This document shows, in pieces, positions 12,083-26,100 of a DNA stretch of 64,000 nt. The stretch lies in assembly GCA_030141605.1 (NCBI GenBank), contig JAQGDQ010000112.1, forward strand, positions 434,001 to 498,000. The letters run 5' to 3'. How positions within the stretch are numbered: position 1 is the stretch's first letter; each line of letters opens with the position of its first letter. Position numbers and translations under genes: made by a program. The notes beneath the pieces are model-generated. The model was not told the origin of the DNA. It worked only from the letters and a program-made list of their open reading frames with translations, and searched no databases. This DNA is from Tubiluchus corallicola. Taxonomy: Eukaryota > Animalia > Priapulida.

Positions 12083-14458
12083 CTGTTCTTGATCAAGATC
12101 TTTGGTGATATTGGAACGACATGGTTAGAAAGTTTATGCGAAATATCTCACTACATTGAGTCGTATAAATTATTCATTTCGGTCATTGAAAACAACTCAT
12201 TCGCTTATTACATTTAAGTCTTAGCATGAAATTTCACACATGAGTGACATCACGCACTTGTCAGTGTTATACGGTTCACAACTAGTTCAACAAGTTTGCA
12301 AAATGAAATTGCTCTGCACACTCTAATGTTTCTTATCAAATTGTTAACCTTTCCAATCGTTTTGCAAAACAGGGCTTGCAAAAACTGCTCATACAAGAAT
12401 TATTGAAAAAATGCAATGATGCAGAAACAGAATGCAGACATGCCGCTCTCTACTGCGGACTGTCTAAGAGCCAGTTAGCAGACAAAACATGAACACTTAT
12501 GAGATTCGTTATTATTTTTAGCTGTCTGCTGACAATGAGAAAACATAAAGTGCCAAATGAATATGTCATGCGCCACCATGTCAACTCCACATTTATGTGA
12601 TCTTTTTTTGTTTGTATAGGCCTAATTTATAATCTTATTAACTAGAAAATGCAGCGTAGAATTTGGTAAATATACACTTTTTATGGATCACAGTTTATTG
12701 AATATTAATGCAGCCTATGCTATAGTTTTTTTGAAGTGAATTCATATTAAGACATATGGGAAACAACTAAAAGAGTTTGTAATTTAGTTGTTTCCAATGG
12801 CACTGCAGTTCCAATAAAATCTGCAGTTTGTATAAAATGAAAATCTGACGTAGACCCGATGAAGATCATATTTAGGTGAAACATTTTACTTGGGTATAAG
12901 AATCCTTGTTTTCAGTATGTTTATAGACATGCCGTGCACAGTTTGTTCTCTGTACAAATGTGAGAATGTGATTATCGAACTAAAATGTTTTATGAGAGAT
13001 GGTTCATAAATAAGATTAAAACTACTAGGAATACCTCCTTCATTTTGAGCTTAGACAATTAAGTAGCATTTTTAGATACCAGGGAAAATGAATGTCAGTT
13101 AGATAACTAGTTTGTTCGGTTGTTTGACTTGCTTACTATTGGCATTAACATTCTTGATGAACATCACTAAAACTTTGTTCCTATGCATGCAAGCTTATTA
13201 GAATGTACATACGGTTGCTTGTGTACATACGTAAATGGGATAACCTTAAAGGTCAGTACTTACTGATCGCAGTTTAATGGATTTGATTTTTGTAAAGCAA
13301 ACTTTGGATTAAAACTGGTTTTTGAGTGGATATGATTTAAAATACTCATTTTTTGTCTTCTTGTACCTGTGATTAAACTAAAATCGGAATAAAAAATGTG
13401 CAATATTTGATGCATTAAATTTCTCTAGCAACCAAAAACTACGATGTGCATTATCAATGATGTACTGGCATAATGAACTGCCTGTGTTTGTACTGTCTAT
13501 TTGTAATGCAAGTTATGATATTATAAAATGTAAGTATTGTGTATTTTCCTTAGTTTATCTTTATGAAGTGCAACTATGCAAGCTGTAATGTCGTAAATAG
13601 TTTGTCCATAATTGAAAAAATAATAAAAACTGATATTTTTTAAGATGTGCAGATTATTCACTTTCTATGTTTTTGAGAAGCACGTTAGAAATGAGACGCA
13701 CTTACAGCTTACTAGTATTCGGATGGTGACTCTAGTATTTGATTGTAGAGTGGTACATGTTGTTTGCACAATTTTTTCGTTTTGTTAGAGTTTAGAAATG
13801 AGTGGAAAATACTTTCTAAACTAGTTGTATGCTCGTTTGCTCAACACTGCTTGTCTCTTGTGACTGTAAGACAGACTAACACTTTGAGGGACATTCTGCT
13901 CTAATGTCTCAGACTGTTCAAGCGGTTTATAATTTTTAATTTAGTCAAGTAGTTTGACTGATGGCATATTCAGTGAAGTTCATATAAGCCAGATCACCAT
14001 ATTGAAACAGTCGTCTTAATTAAAAACCTAAGTCAATGTGCAAAAAGTAGGTGGGAAATTTACGATTTTATGCTTTGCTTATCTAGCCGATTTACTTGCT
14101 TTTCCATAATTCTTTATCTCCTTAGCCGATTGCTTGTTGATTCTGTTTTGCTTTTTGTGGAATGTTCTTTTCATTGTTTAGTAACAGAATTGATCATAGG
14201 CACTGTTTCGTTAAATTTGTTAATTTGCAATTGTAGTTTAGTTTTATTTTGTCTTATGTATTGGTCTCCACACATTTATAATATAAGAGCAACATGCTGA
14301 TATTTTTGTTATCCTAAATTATAAAAAAGAAAATATTGAAATAAAGCTTGTAAATAAATGTGGATGATGAATTGTTTTCATATACTGAACATTCACACTT
14401 ACACTTATGAGTACTTGTACATGTATAGTGGAGTATGCAGCAGAATTAATTTTACTTC

Positions 14459-14935
14459 AGACCTGCCAACTATTTGACATAAAAATGAGTTTGAAACATA
14501 GAAAGCCCATCAGTCATTTTACCTCTGCCAAGAGTCCAGAAGGGAGAGATCTTCCCCGAATTTTTTGTATTTTTGGGTATGAAAGTCAAATTATCAAACA
14601 ATTAAGGAAAAATTAGGACGATTTTTGGGTACTACTGAGCTTTTCTATGCTGTTGTTAGAGTTCACTGTGTTTTATTATTATTATGTTTTTTGTACAAAT
14701 GAAAATGCTTAGTAGCACCCAAAAATGCTTAACTTGTCAATAATCATAATACCTTTCAGTATAATGTACAATGTGAAACTCATGAAGACTACTGTACTGT
14801 TGAGAGTTGGTACTGATGGTAAAAGAAGCCAGGTGATTTGTAAACTTGCGTGTGAAGTACTAAATACGCGAGAACTGAAATTTTATGCATGTGCGCGCGA
14901 ATGACAAACTGCATGAGATGAGTGTTGGCAGGTCT
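14459..14935. mobile_element. MITE with 12-bp terminal inverted repeats
   Basis: AGACCTGCCAAC at 14459-14470 and GTTGGCAGGTCT at 14924-14935; non-coding interior; no clear TSD. Confidence 0.6.
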
Positions 14936-16366
14936 ACCGTCTGTATGTATATTTATCAAGTCTTATCTTTAAGAGAAATAGTTACAGCCATGAAAAACAA
15001 GATCATGTTTTTAGTAGTTGTTACATTCATTTTTTATTTTGTTTCATTTAACTGAAGGCGTGTGCTGATTTACTCAGTCACGGTATCCAACTTTGAATCT
15101 GGATATTACTAAATCTTAACGCACAATGCTCGCAGAAACGCAAATCAGATGCAGGGGCAGCTTATATCAAGATTTATAACTTAGTAAATTATCTGAAAGT
15201 TCCTCGGTATGTTCTGACGGACAATTTCAAGGATGTTTCTATTCATTAATGCATGTATTTTTAGCTGCATATTACCAAGATTTGCACATACACAGCTTTA
15301 ATTTATCAAAACTTCACAAATGACATTATGATCATTTATTTAAATAAACTGATAAAGTGGAAACAATACAGAAAATGTATGCAAATGCAATATTTTATAC
15401 AAAACAATAGTACAATTTCTGCATATCTAAGAAGAGTCATACAACTCATCAAGCATGAAAAGCATCTAATCCTGCCCAAAAGTCACATTCCCAAAAACAA
15501 AGAGGAACTTAGGTAAATTACAGAATAAGGGTAAACTTTGTTCAATTTTGTAAAACAGAAAGAAAGGAGAAATAGAAAGACAAAAAACAAGGAAAGCACG
15601 GTGACAGGAAGATCAACAAGGAAGCAAAAAAGAAAGCATTTAACAGTAGCCGACAAAATAAACAACTGCAAATACCCGATGGTACAGTCGAGTACACTTC
15701 TTTAGCAAAAGAAGATAAAACAATTAGCAATATAAAAATCAACAAATTATTTCCTGTTTAATGAAACAGTGGCTGACATAACTACTTGTCAACTTGTATG
15801 GCTTTTCCCTCATTCACTGAACATACAAGAATTTGCAAAACTTTTCATAGGTAAATTACTAGTACAAGACATGAAGGCATTGACCATGCACTCTTGCATA
15901 CTTGTAACATAGTCCATTCCAATTTTTTCTGCAAACATTCTTTGTGTAAAAAAAAACTTGCACATTTATTTACTATGCAAATCTGAAATTCTTAAATAAC
16001 AATGTATGGATGTGGATAAATATAAAAAACGACAACTAAACTTCCGCTAGTAATTTCCCACAATAATGTGGCCAAAGTGCATACAAGAAACTGCAGACTG
16101 TTATGAGCAAATATATACACAGTCATGAAAATTAGAAGTACGAAGCAAATGCTAATAGAAAAAGCTCGAGTCTACATACAAAGTTTATCATTAACTTTCT
16201 TGCTGAAGTCATACTACCTGCTTTACCACCCAGGCAACACGTATATATAACAAGCCGATACAGTATCAGATTATTATTTACAAATAAATGAAAATTGGTA
16301 GCAATAATGACATTAACAGCTGTTATTACAGACATCTACGTAAGTAGCTAAGTTTTACTATTCAAC

Positions 16367-16990
16367 TACAGTAAACTACGTATAACTGGAACTGATATAA
16401 CTCGAATTCTTGAGCACCTCGAACAGATCTCGTGGAACGGATTTTCCCTTTAACAAACATCGCACAACTCGAAATTTGTAACTTGAATTATCACATAGAT
16501 CAAACCGAATTCCCGGTACGATTCTCAAGAATCTGATTGAATTTACCTCATCTATCTGGAACAAGCCTCCAAGTAAGAAGTCTTATGCAAAAGTGGACAC
16601 CACATTACGATTTTAACTGCTAGTTTGTGTAAAAATACTAAGATTTCCTGTATTGCCTTAGCAGAATGCTGTACACGATATGGTCTAGCGAGTGTGGTTT
16701 AATGTAGACCATAACAAAATTACTGCCGAATTCTATTAACCATGCTATTCAACTACAATAGAGGTGGACCGGTCATTTTATTTTTGATTATTCATAAATA
16801 TTGTTGTCTGATACTTGATTAAAGGCCAAGTTTGTCATTTTCACAGGCTAAAGTTTACTAGCATAATATCCGACGCTAATGAGTGACTCAATCTTGTTTT
16901 CTTGTGAACATTGTCTAATTCATACTTTCCCACAACCCCAAAAAAATTTTTCCAGTCCTGAGGTTTTTGAGTTATACATAGGTTAATGTA
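16367..16990. mobile_element. Degenerate Tc1/pogo-type MITE
   Basis: Left end TACAGTAAACTACGTATAACT versus the reverse complement of the right end TACATTAACCTATGTATAACT; TA termini; internal AACTCGAA repeats. Confidence 0.6.
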
Positions 16991-17113
16991 TTTCGTTTTG
17001 TTTGTATAAAAGTGCTGACTTGCACAAAGCTAATGCTTACTGAATGATGACATTAAACTTGCTGTGCACATTTGAGCTAAGAATAAAGCAAACTTCTAAT
17101 GGTATAAATGTTT

Positions 17114-20100
17114 TCAATCTCCACTACTATTACCACTGCTATTATTGGCCGCTTGCCGTCGCTTTACATCCCAGTTGAAGACACGTGCCATGTTGACCTC
17201 GGTCGTCGTGTACTGGTCACGCAAAAAATCGAGGTCATTGTCAACTTGAGTTAAACTCGAAGTTGCAGCTTGTAGGTTTTTAGTCAGTAATGATTCGGCT
17301 TCATCTACTGGATATTCCAGCATAACATTCGCCTGCAATGAAAATAACATATATCAGAGAATTTTTTATGATCCAAAAGCTTGCAAGTTAAGAGCAAAAG
17401 TCTACAGTTACGTAGCTACAAGGAAGACACAGCTAATGAAGAATGGCACTAAGGGTCCCGTGAAGATTCAAGTCAGAATACGAAGTATAACAAAAAGCCC
17501 AAGTTTGAAGCATAAGTGTTATATGATGCTAGGTAAGAAATAAGTAAAAAAGTTTACATGAAATATTATGCATATTCAAAACAATGGGTTCAATAAACAA
17601 TTACTATTTGAATATAATTAACAATGGTGTAAAATGTAGCAGTAAATCTCGTCAAAGACTCCCAGCAAATGAACTTCTGCAAAAACTTTAGACACCGCTT
17701 AGCATCTACTTTTTACAACAAAGATGTATATCAAGTTCAACAATATGATCATCAACACTGATAACTGTGGCAATCGATCACTCATAAGGGCATTCAAGTG
17801 ACTCTTCCAAAGTATAACATTTAAGCACAAATTTAGGTACAATCCATCTACATTACAAATTACATTACACCATTCAAACGTACCCCAAGCCAAAGACAAA
17901 CTCGATCTGTTGGCGGAACTTTTGCTTTGCAATAAAGTTGATCTGAGAGAAGAAACCTTGTATCTAGAACTTCGGATTTTTCCTGCAAAGAAAACAGAAT
18001 GATAATAAATTGATAAGAGCAAATATCAAAAAAACCATGCACCATTACAGTGATAATCATGCATTCATAATGCTCCATCAGCCTCAATAAAGCTTCCAAC
18101 TGTTATGAGAAATGGCATGCAAGTGCCAACAATGGAAATTTTTTGCAAGATGACATGATAAGATGACACGTCCTTGTTCATTAGTGAGACATCCGTGAAG
18201 CTAAATCTTTGAGAACCTCAGACAAGAATTGGTAAAGCTGAATCAATGTTTAAATGATCATTTGAGGCCTTTTGGTACCACACACTTAGTCATTTGTCGA
18301 CCCATTAGATCCAACATCATGTCAACTTTACTTCCTGTGCTACACTTTATCACACAAACAGTGCTGAATAAGAAATTGACAAATATGGAAATGAATGAAG
18401 AAATTCTGTATATTTTAACGTCCTAAAGACTTCAGATGCTAATTAATTTAGAAGAATAAGCACGAATGTTACATCTGGTTAACAAGCCTAGATTGTAATC
18501 TCAGCTCAGAACTATCAAAGAAAAGAAACATTTTTAGTTATACTCTTATCTCTCTTTTGATGGAAAAACCACATCCACGTTTCAGATGACCAATGTGTTG
18601 GTCATTCTGAACTAAAATTAAAAGGCTTCTTCATATGTTTTGCAATACTGCCCAACACTGGAGAACGCAATGGTGAATCTTACAATGGTACAAGGGCGGG
18701 TACAGTGGACATCGGTCTATTTTTCGATTATAACTGAATTCCGCCCATGGGTCCGAGTTTATTATCAAATATTTTCTTCGCGGGTATTTAGACATAGTTG
18801 GGTAGATGTGCACCTGGAGTTTTGATAAACTATGATTCTTTAAGGAAGTAATGAAAACAACAAAGAGATAGGTAAGATAATTTAACGGATCAAAATTGTT
18901 GCTAAAAAGAAAGAAGAGATTAACCATACAGGTCCTTCATCTACAGTACAGACATTTGGAGCGACCTGAAAACAGACATTCACAGGCAGGAAAACAGCGA
19001 AAAACAGACCAAAGAAGATATGGTACAATATGACTGTTTATTGAAAAAGGTTTACAGAAAATGCAAATCACCAATGCGAACAGCAACAAATAGTAACAGA
19101 TGGAACACGATGGAAGAATGTTCCAACAGCAAGAGAAGACACTAAAACACAAGAAAAGAGAAGAAGAGAAGTATAAATTCATTGTCATCCTGAAAAATGC
19201 AAAAACCATAATATAAAAAGCGAAATGCATAGACCACTAAAAAAAGCTTAGAGCACAAACTGTATAATGGTGGTTCTACAAAAGCTGAATGAAGAAACTG
19301 AGTACGAATTTAGCCATTCACTAACCTTACATAGTTGTACAGCTATAACATGCTAAAATACCATTCAACGTAAGTGGTATCGTCATCCCAAACTAGTCAG
19401 GCAAACTTATGAGTAGTTATTACATGCACTTACTTATAAGTCATTTAAAAATTATAAGTCATAAAAAGCATTTAATATTTAGCTGTCAACATACCTGCTT
19501 ACTTTTTAGATGCTTCAGTATGTCTAGCGTCTGCTTAATATCTGGTATTTGACCCTTTAATCTAAAAGAAACATAATGCAATATTAAATTCTCTTATACA
19601 AACATATTGCAGTTACATCACTTGTCAGGCTATATTATAAACTCCTCAAAATCAAATTATGAAAGGCTATTTCATTTGTAAATGTTCAAATATATTCCAG
19701 CCTGTTATTAAAAGCTTCTCCTGCAGCCATTCTTATTAGTTGCATGGCAACATCAATTTTTTCCACGAAGTGCCTTTCTTTGCGGAGTAGGGATGTTCCA
19801 CTTACAAGGCAGAAACCTTAGGGGACTAGGCCACCATATTTCCCGGTGATTAACTGGGAAAAACAATCTAATGAATTAGAATATGCACTTGTAAAATTAA
19901 ATGACCCTTAAAATAAATTATAAATTCCAATAATAATTATAGAGAATTTTACAAATTGGTACAAATGTATTTATCCAGAGAATTATCAGAACTTCAGCAA
20001 ACATTTTGCTAAGATTAAAGCATTTAAGGCTCAGCAACAAAATATGCGAAAATATATTTTATAATATCATAAACTATCATATAAACTGCTAAATTAAACT

Positions 20101-21279
20101 TACCTCTTTTTCTTGTGAAGCAAATTAAGTTCTAAAAATTTGTATTTCTGATGTTGTTCGTCTAATCTCCTCAACGCAACTTCTGCACTTTCATTTTCTG
20201 GTTCTTTCATAAAAGAATCAACATCTTCCTATTAAAAACACATAAAAGTACTAGAAGGGCTATGTATGTTTGGTTTAGTGCAATAAAGAAGAGTTATTCT
20301 GTGCTAGATGTATGACACTATTTTAAATTCTGATGAAAACACGGTTTAAAATTGTGCCTTGAAATGTGATATCATGAAACTAGAGGCACCAACAACAACC
20401 TCTAGTTCTACTTCAGTAAGTACATTTCACTGATCTACCAACCACATCATTTTCACTCAACAAGCCTCATTACAGTACAGACAAAATTTACACTTTTTGC
20501 ACCCTGTTTCTGAAAAACAGTTGACGACGACTCGTTATTTTGACTTAGGCTTTCCAGCCTTGAAAATACAGATAAGATAATATATGGATTGTTCGACGAA
20601 GAAGTGTTACGTAAAGTAAAAGAAAAGAAGGCCGTGTGGAGACACAGGCAAGATATGATCCAGACATTTAGAATGCTCACCAATACTCTAACTTCAGATA
20701 CATCACAGGACAACACGACATTCACTTAAAATCAATAAAAAATCTGTCTCAAAATGGGAAAGAACGCAAAATTTCTTTGCAGCTCGTATTGTAAACGCCT
20801 GGATCAAGCTTGCTGAGAATGTAGTGAGAGCTTCTTTAGTTCCTCAATTTAAAGCTCGATTCTGGGCCAATCACCCTCGGGAAAAATATATTGATCTCAT
20901 ACATCCGCAATGGTAACAATTTTTGAGGGAACCTGACACTATCCATCGTACAAGGAACACACTGATACTATCTTCCAGATCGTATCGTTAGTGCTACAAT
21001 ATTCAACATAAACAAAGAATCCAGAGAAAATTGGGGAGGGGGGTAAAAAGCGGTCATTTAATTTATGTTTAACACCTATCGCCCGGGCTTATAAATGCTG
21101 TAAGGAAAATAATGTCCCTAATTCTATAATATCGTGGGAGGACAAAACGCAGTAAGCCTATTACTAGCACACGCAGCAAAGCTTACCAAAAATTTAGCAG
21201 TAGGTATGCCTGCATTTGTTGATATTTCACCAGAATTATTTTGATTTTCTTCAGCAGAATTCATGTCGCCAGCAGCCAT
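17114..21279 (-). CDS. VBP1: Prefoldin subunit 3 (VHL-binding protein 1), 5 coding exons
   Basis: Exons 21279-21187, 20228-20104, 19561-19495, 17982-17884, 17332-17114. Motifs GIPTAKFLEDVDSFM, LDEQHQKYKFLE, QIPDIKQTL, LWLGANVMLEY and DLDFLRDQYTTTEVNMARVFNWDVKRR. An alternative in-frame ATG lies at 21306. Confidence 0.95.
20570..20870 (+). mobile_element. 3'-end fragment of a CR1/L2-group LINE in VBP1 intron 1
   Basis: Translates TRHSLKINKKSVSKWERTQNFFAARIVNAWIKLAENVVRASLVPQFKARF, resembling the TRGH..KL...R..FF..RVV..WN.LP..VV.A.S...FK..L terminus of CR1-type ORF2. Confidence 0.7.
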
Positions 21280-22024
21280 TAGAATTACTACCAACCGTAC
21301 CGCCATCTCTTGGTAGCCAGTAACTAATCCGAAAAACATTCTTTACGACTAGTTTCATGTGGAACGCGGATTTAGGTGTAAGTCTTCAATTTCAAATTCC
21401 TGAATAGAATGAAGTTAAGCAAAATCTCTAATACATTGAGATACAAAAGTCGGATAGTTTGCAGTTAAGGAAAAATTGCAAAATTGATGTGCACCTTCAC
21501 AGATTATAAGGACTAAAATATGCTAATACAGTACTCGCAATGCATGAATGATGTGATTGAAATTAAAATTCAAATGAATCATTTGCTTGAGGTGTCGCTA
21601 CAATAGCAAATCTTACGCTACATAGTATTACATTATATTAATATTTACATAATATATATTTGCTGTGTATTATATTTGCAAAAGGAGAGCATTACTACTT
21701 CAAACCTCCAATTTCATATTCTGTCGTACGTTAACAGAAAGTAACATCGCCTAAATACAGCCATTAAATACAAATTTAAAGGAATCCATTGTTTTACTTA
21801 AATTCAAGGGTTAGACAAGTAACAGATAAAATCACATGGTACAATGAACAAGCATATAAACAAAAAAAATGAGTCATGTCGTGACTTTATTCGTTAAATT
21901 ATTGAATCCAATCATAACATTAATAAGTTTTAGTTCTATACATAAGCGATCTACGGCATTCACAAAACTGCAATTATTTTCTGGAATATGGTTTCTTTTC
22001 AGCACTCATGATTATGGGTCAGCA

Positions 22025-22382
22025 TTGAATTCGATTTGAACGAGTGTATTTTATTTCCAAATTGATTCGAACCTTAATTATAGATTCGAATAATTCTGGA
22101 TTTCAGTTACATACATTCCTTATCATTAAAACATTTGAAACAACATGCAACCGGCACAATTTAGCTGCAGTTACTGTGCACAATCTTTAAACAAAAACTG
22201 CAGAACAAAATCAAGTAATATGCATGATTTTCTGAGAACACTTTCTAAAACCTTGTCGAAAACCTTTAAAACTGAATTGGAATTCGATTCAGAATCAAAA
22301 ATGTTGAAATTCAGATTGATTCAAGTTCAAAAGACACAAATTTGATTCAAATTCGTTCTCTGGTAGTGAGTACTCACCCCTA
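22025..22382 (-). mobile_element. Fragment of an hAT-like MITE family rich in (T)TCGAA; a related copy starts at about 59764
   Basis: The reverse complement of 22340-22382 (TAGGGGTGAGTACTCACTACCAGAGAACGAATTTGAATCAAAT) aligns by eye with 59764 onward (TAGGGGGAGCATTCTCTACCGGAAAATGAATTCGAATCAAAT). Confidence 0.55.
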
Positions 22383-23115
22383 CTTATGATAAACATGTTT
22401 GACCCTATGTTTAAAGAAATAATTGTAAAATTCAGATGACAGAACAGATAGTAGTAAATAAAGAAAAATAGATTTTTTTACGGTTATTCATTTTTTTTAT
22501 TTTATTACATACAAAACGTAACTGTCTACTTTCTTTACATGTACAACTGTGTACTGAAGAATAGATCTGCCTTTGTAACATTGCGGAAGTAAAACTTCAA
22601 TAACTTCCGAAAAATAATCTTACTCATATGACAAGTTCAATATCTCAATCTATAAAATTCCAAGAAATGTGTGTCATCTTCTTACACTACATAATATAGA
22701 TGTGACAATTTGGACAGTCACTTTATAGTCATTAATCCAAAAGCAATCTACATCACAATTTCTTGGCTGGTTACACCACTACACCGTGACTTGGCAGGTT
22801 ACCGAATGCTCACTGACCAAATAACCTTCTGAAATGACCATACGAGGTCGAGCAGAAATTCACCAATGCCTGCTGCCAACACCAAGAGACAATCAACAGA
22901 CCGCAGTTAAGTTCACCTACTGTTCCATTCTGCTAAAGTCAGAAAAAGAGATTCAAGGGTGAACTAGTATCAGTACTAAATGCTCTTATGAGTCCCTTTT
23001 GCAAAATGTGACTTTGAAAAGTTGCTCAAAACAGCATGGCTGCATTAGTCACAAAATTCACAACAAACTAACAGGTTGCACCTCTGCAACTCATTCGGTA
23101 TGTGATGAAACCACC

Positions 23116-26100
23116 TCACATGTCCTCAACACTCCACTTGTAAGCTTCAGTTTCTCTAGCCTTGCTGCTACCCATCCTATACAAGATTACATTAAAAAAG
23201 ATTAACATAACAAAATTATTGATATAAAATAATCACATAAATTATCCACATTTCTCACAATTTGCAAGGATTTTGATGTGTATTCTAATTTGCATTCTTG
23301 AAAAATGCTTGTCTAATCTTGTCTTGCCTTGTCTCGCCGTGCCTTGCCATGCCTTATCTAGTCTAGTTTTGTCTTGTCTTGTCTTGTCTTACCTTACCTT
23401 ACCTTGTCTTACCTAGAATTCCTTACCTTGCCTTGTCTTGTCTTACTTACCCTTGTCTTGCCTTCCTTTGTGTTACTTAGCATTGTCTTGCCTTCGCTTG
23501 CCTAGTTTTGCCTTGCCTTACCTTGCCTTCCCCTTGCTTTGTCTTACATTGATTGTCTAGTCTCGCCTTGTCTTGCCTTACCTTGTCTTGTCTTGCCCTG
23601 CCATGGCATTGTCTTGTATTGTCTTGTCTGAACTCATGCAACCTCCTCACCTTATCTAGCCTCATCTTACTTTATTATACCTTAACTTAACTTAACTTAT
23701 CTTACCTTACCTTACCTTACAATACCTTGTTTTATCCCATACTTATCACAACGACAGGCTTCTTAACCTCTCAGTCACCACACTGTCATTCCTGCAGTGC
23801 AATAAAGCATGGTTTGCAAAGACACTACAGACAAAACTTGAGTGTTCAAAATGTACAAGAAATTAATTTAAAACAACACAGCAAAATACAATCACATCCA
23901 GAAGATGTTCAACAAAAAGCTAGCTCAATAAAAATTTGGATTAATAAAAATGGTAATCTTTTTTTATATTAGTACCACTCCTATAAGCAATATTGAAGAA
24001 TAAAGTTCTGCAAAACTTGTACCTTTGAAAGAATTCTTTTTCGAAACCATTGGATCTGTCAACTCCATCCCAACGATATCCTGGCATTATGCCAAACCTG
24101 TTAGGTGGTGGTTGAGGTCCTTTGTACTGTGGCTTTTCTAGAAAATCATTGACATTATTTTTTCAAGATCAGTTCGTATTTTATGTATTGACTGAATTGG
24201 TAGCTGGCAGGATGAAAACCGAATGCAACTAACTAGTAACACAAAACTGTACTGAGAGCATAACAAACGTTATGTTACAAGGCCTGTTTCATTAACTACG
24301 GTTTACACAAGGGAAAACTGAGTTCACTAAATTTTGTTGGCACTTAGTTTAGAACTGGTTGGGGAAACTTGTGAAGTTTCACAGATTTCATAAAAGCCAC
24401 TCAGGAAAGTTATCAAATCTGATGTAGAACTTACAAGCTGTATTTATTTTTGTTGTGTTTCAATAACTAGCCAGCAATAAACTAGATCTGATAATGAATG
24501 TACACTAAAACATTGCTGACATTTAATTCAAACTTCCAGCCTTACATCTATAACACTATCGTAAGCTTATTACTCATTAACAATTAAAATTTTGTAAGTT
24601 TACTTTCAGATGTATTCATAAATAAACTTGTTCTTCTTACATCTATGCATGCTTACATATATTCATGGACGGACTAAGATTTGTGAAAAAGACACAAATT
24701 TATATGGTGATCTAAACTTCAACTAAATCATGATATACCATCAAAGACTAAGACAAAAGTAAAGACAACCTTTATTTATCGTCGCTCATTTAAACAGACA
24801 ACATTAGCTCTAACGGCTATTTAGGGACTTACACTTACAACAATACAGGTAAGTACGCAACACAAACTAATAACAAATAAGGCGTATGTCCTGACGTTGG
24901 CAGTCGCTATTCTCGAACTCAATTCTCTGTGGCTGCAGTCCTAAATCTAAACTACTCATCCACAAAACCCAAGGTGAAGAAAGATTGCACACATTTTACC
25001 TGGCAAGTCGTCGTTTCCTCGTTTGCTCTGCTTCTTCTTTATAAAAGCCAACATGGGATCACCCGCCCGCTCCTGTCCTCGCAGCATCTCATCCAGGTCA
25101 GCGTCATCACGGTAACGAGCTAGGGGTTTAGACATCTCATGGAGATCTTCTTCTAGTTTCTCTTTTTGCATTTCCTTCTGTTTAACACTGCAAGAAGAAG
25201 AGTAGCAAGCTACAGACAAGATGAAACAAGTTTAAGCAATATGCACATGACAATTTTATATACTGGCTGCCCTATAGTCTGTTCTCAAAGGAAAACAGAA
25301 TGATTCTTTGTATCCCAACCCATTTTAAAGTGTTGTGCAAAATATACATTTTAACAATAACAATACTGCAAAATACATTTCTAATAATTAGATAATAAAT
25401 TAAAAATTTAATTAATGGCAAGCAAGCCCAACTAGTGAATACATTACAACTGAACAAAATTTTCAACAGCAAAAATATTCCACGAGTGTGTTTCACGTGT
25501 TTGCAAAGGTGAAAATTACAGTGCTATAGTACGAGATTCAGTGTGAAAAATTAAAACATAGCAAATTTTAAGTTTGAAATTCAAATTTCAAATTTCCCGC
25601 TGTGCTCACGCACGAGTTCTCGAACGTGTGCACTATGTCACAAACGAGAAGTATAACACCTGCTTTTTATGCAACATGCTTCCGAAATGCAAGCACTAGT
25701 ACCCATCTAAGTAATGAATAGCAAAATGCACACAATAGGGAAGTACTAGCCACAGGAATGCAAAATTGTGTTTGTGGAGTAATAATTTCTTCGCACAAAT
25801 CATTCTTGAAAAATAGTACAGCTAGACCTCGTTGTAACGACCGTTTATAATGCCAATCTTGCTTAACACCAAAATTTTTACAAAAAAAATGCAGTCCCAA
25901 ACTAGGCAGTATACAGATGCTTGACTGTGTGTTCTCTTTCCACATTTTAAAGAGAAGATTGTTCTGATCGTTTAAGATTGAGTTCGGTTTTCCTTTAATA
26001 CAAACTACTTACATATTACATTGCAATAATTATGGATATCAATAGTATCATAGGTTTCATAAATCAGAAATTAATTGCAGGATTCAATTTGAAAGTATTG

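Noticed and set aside
23477-23665. 62-aa R/Q/D/K-rich ORF
   Set aside because: Translation of the pentamer microsatellite.
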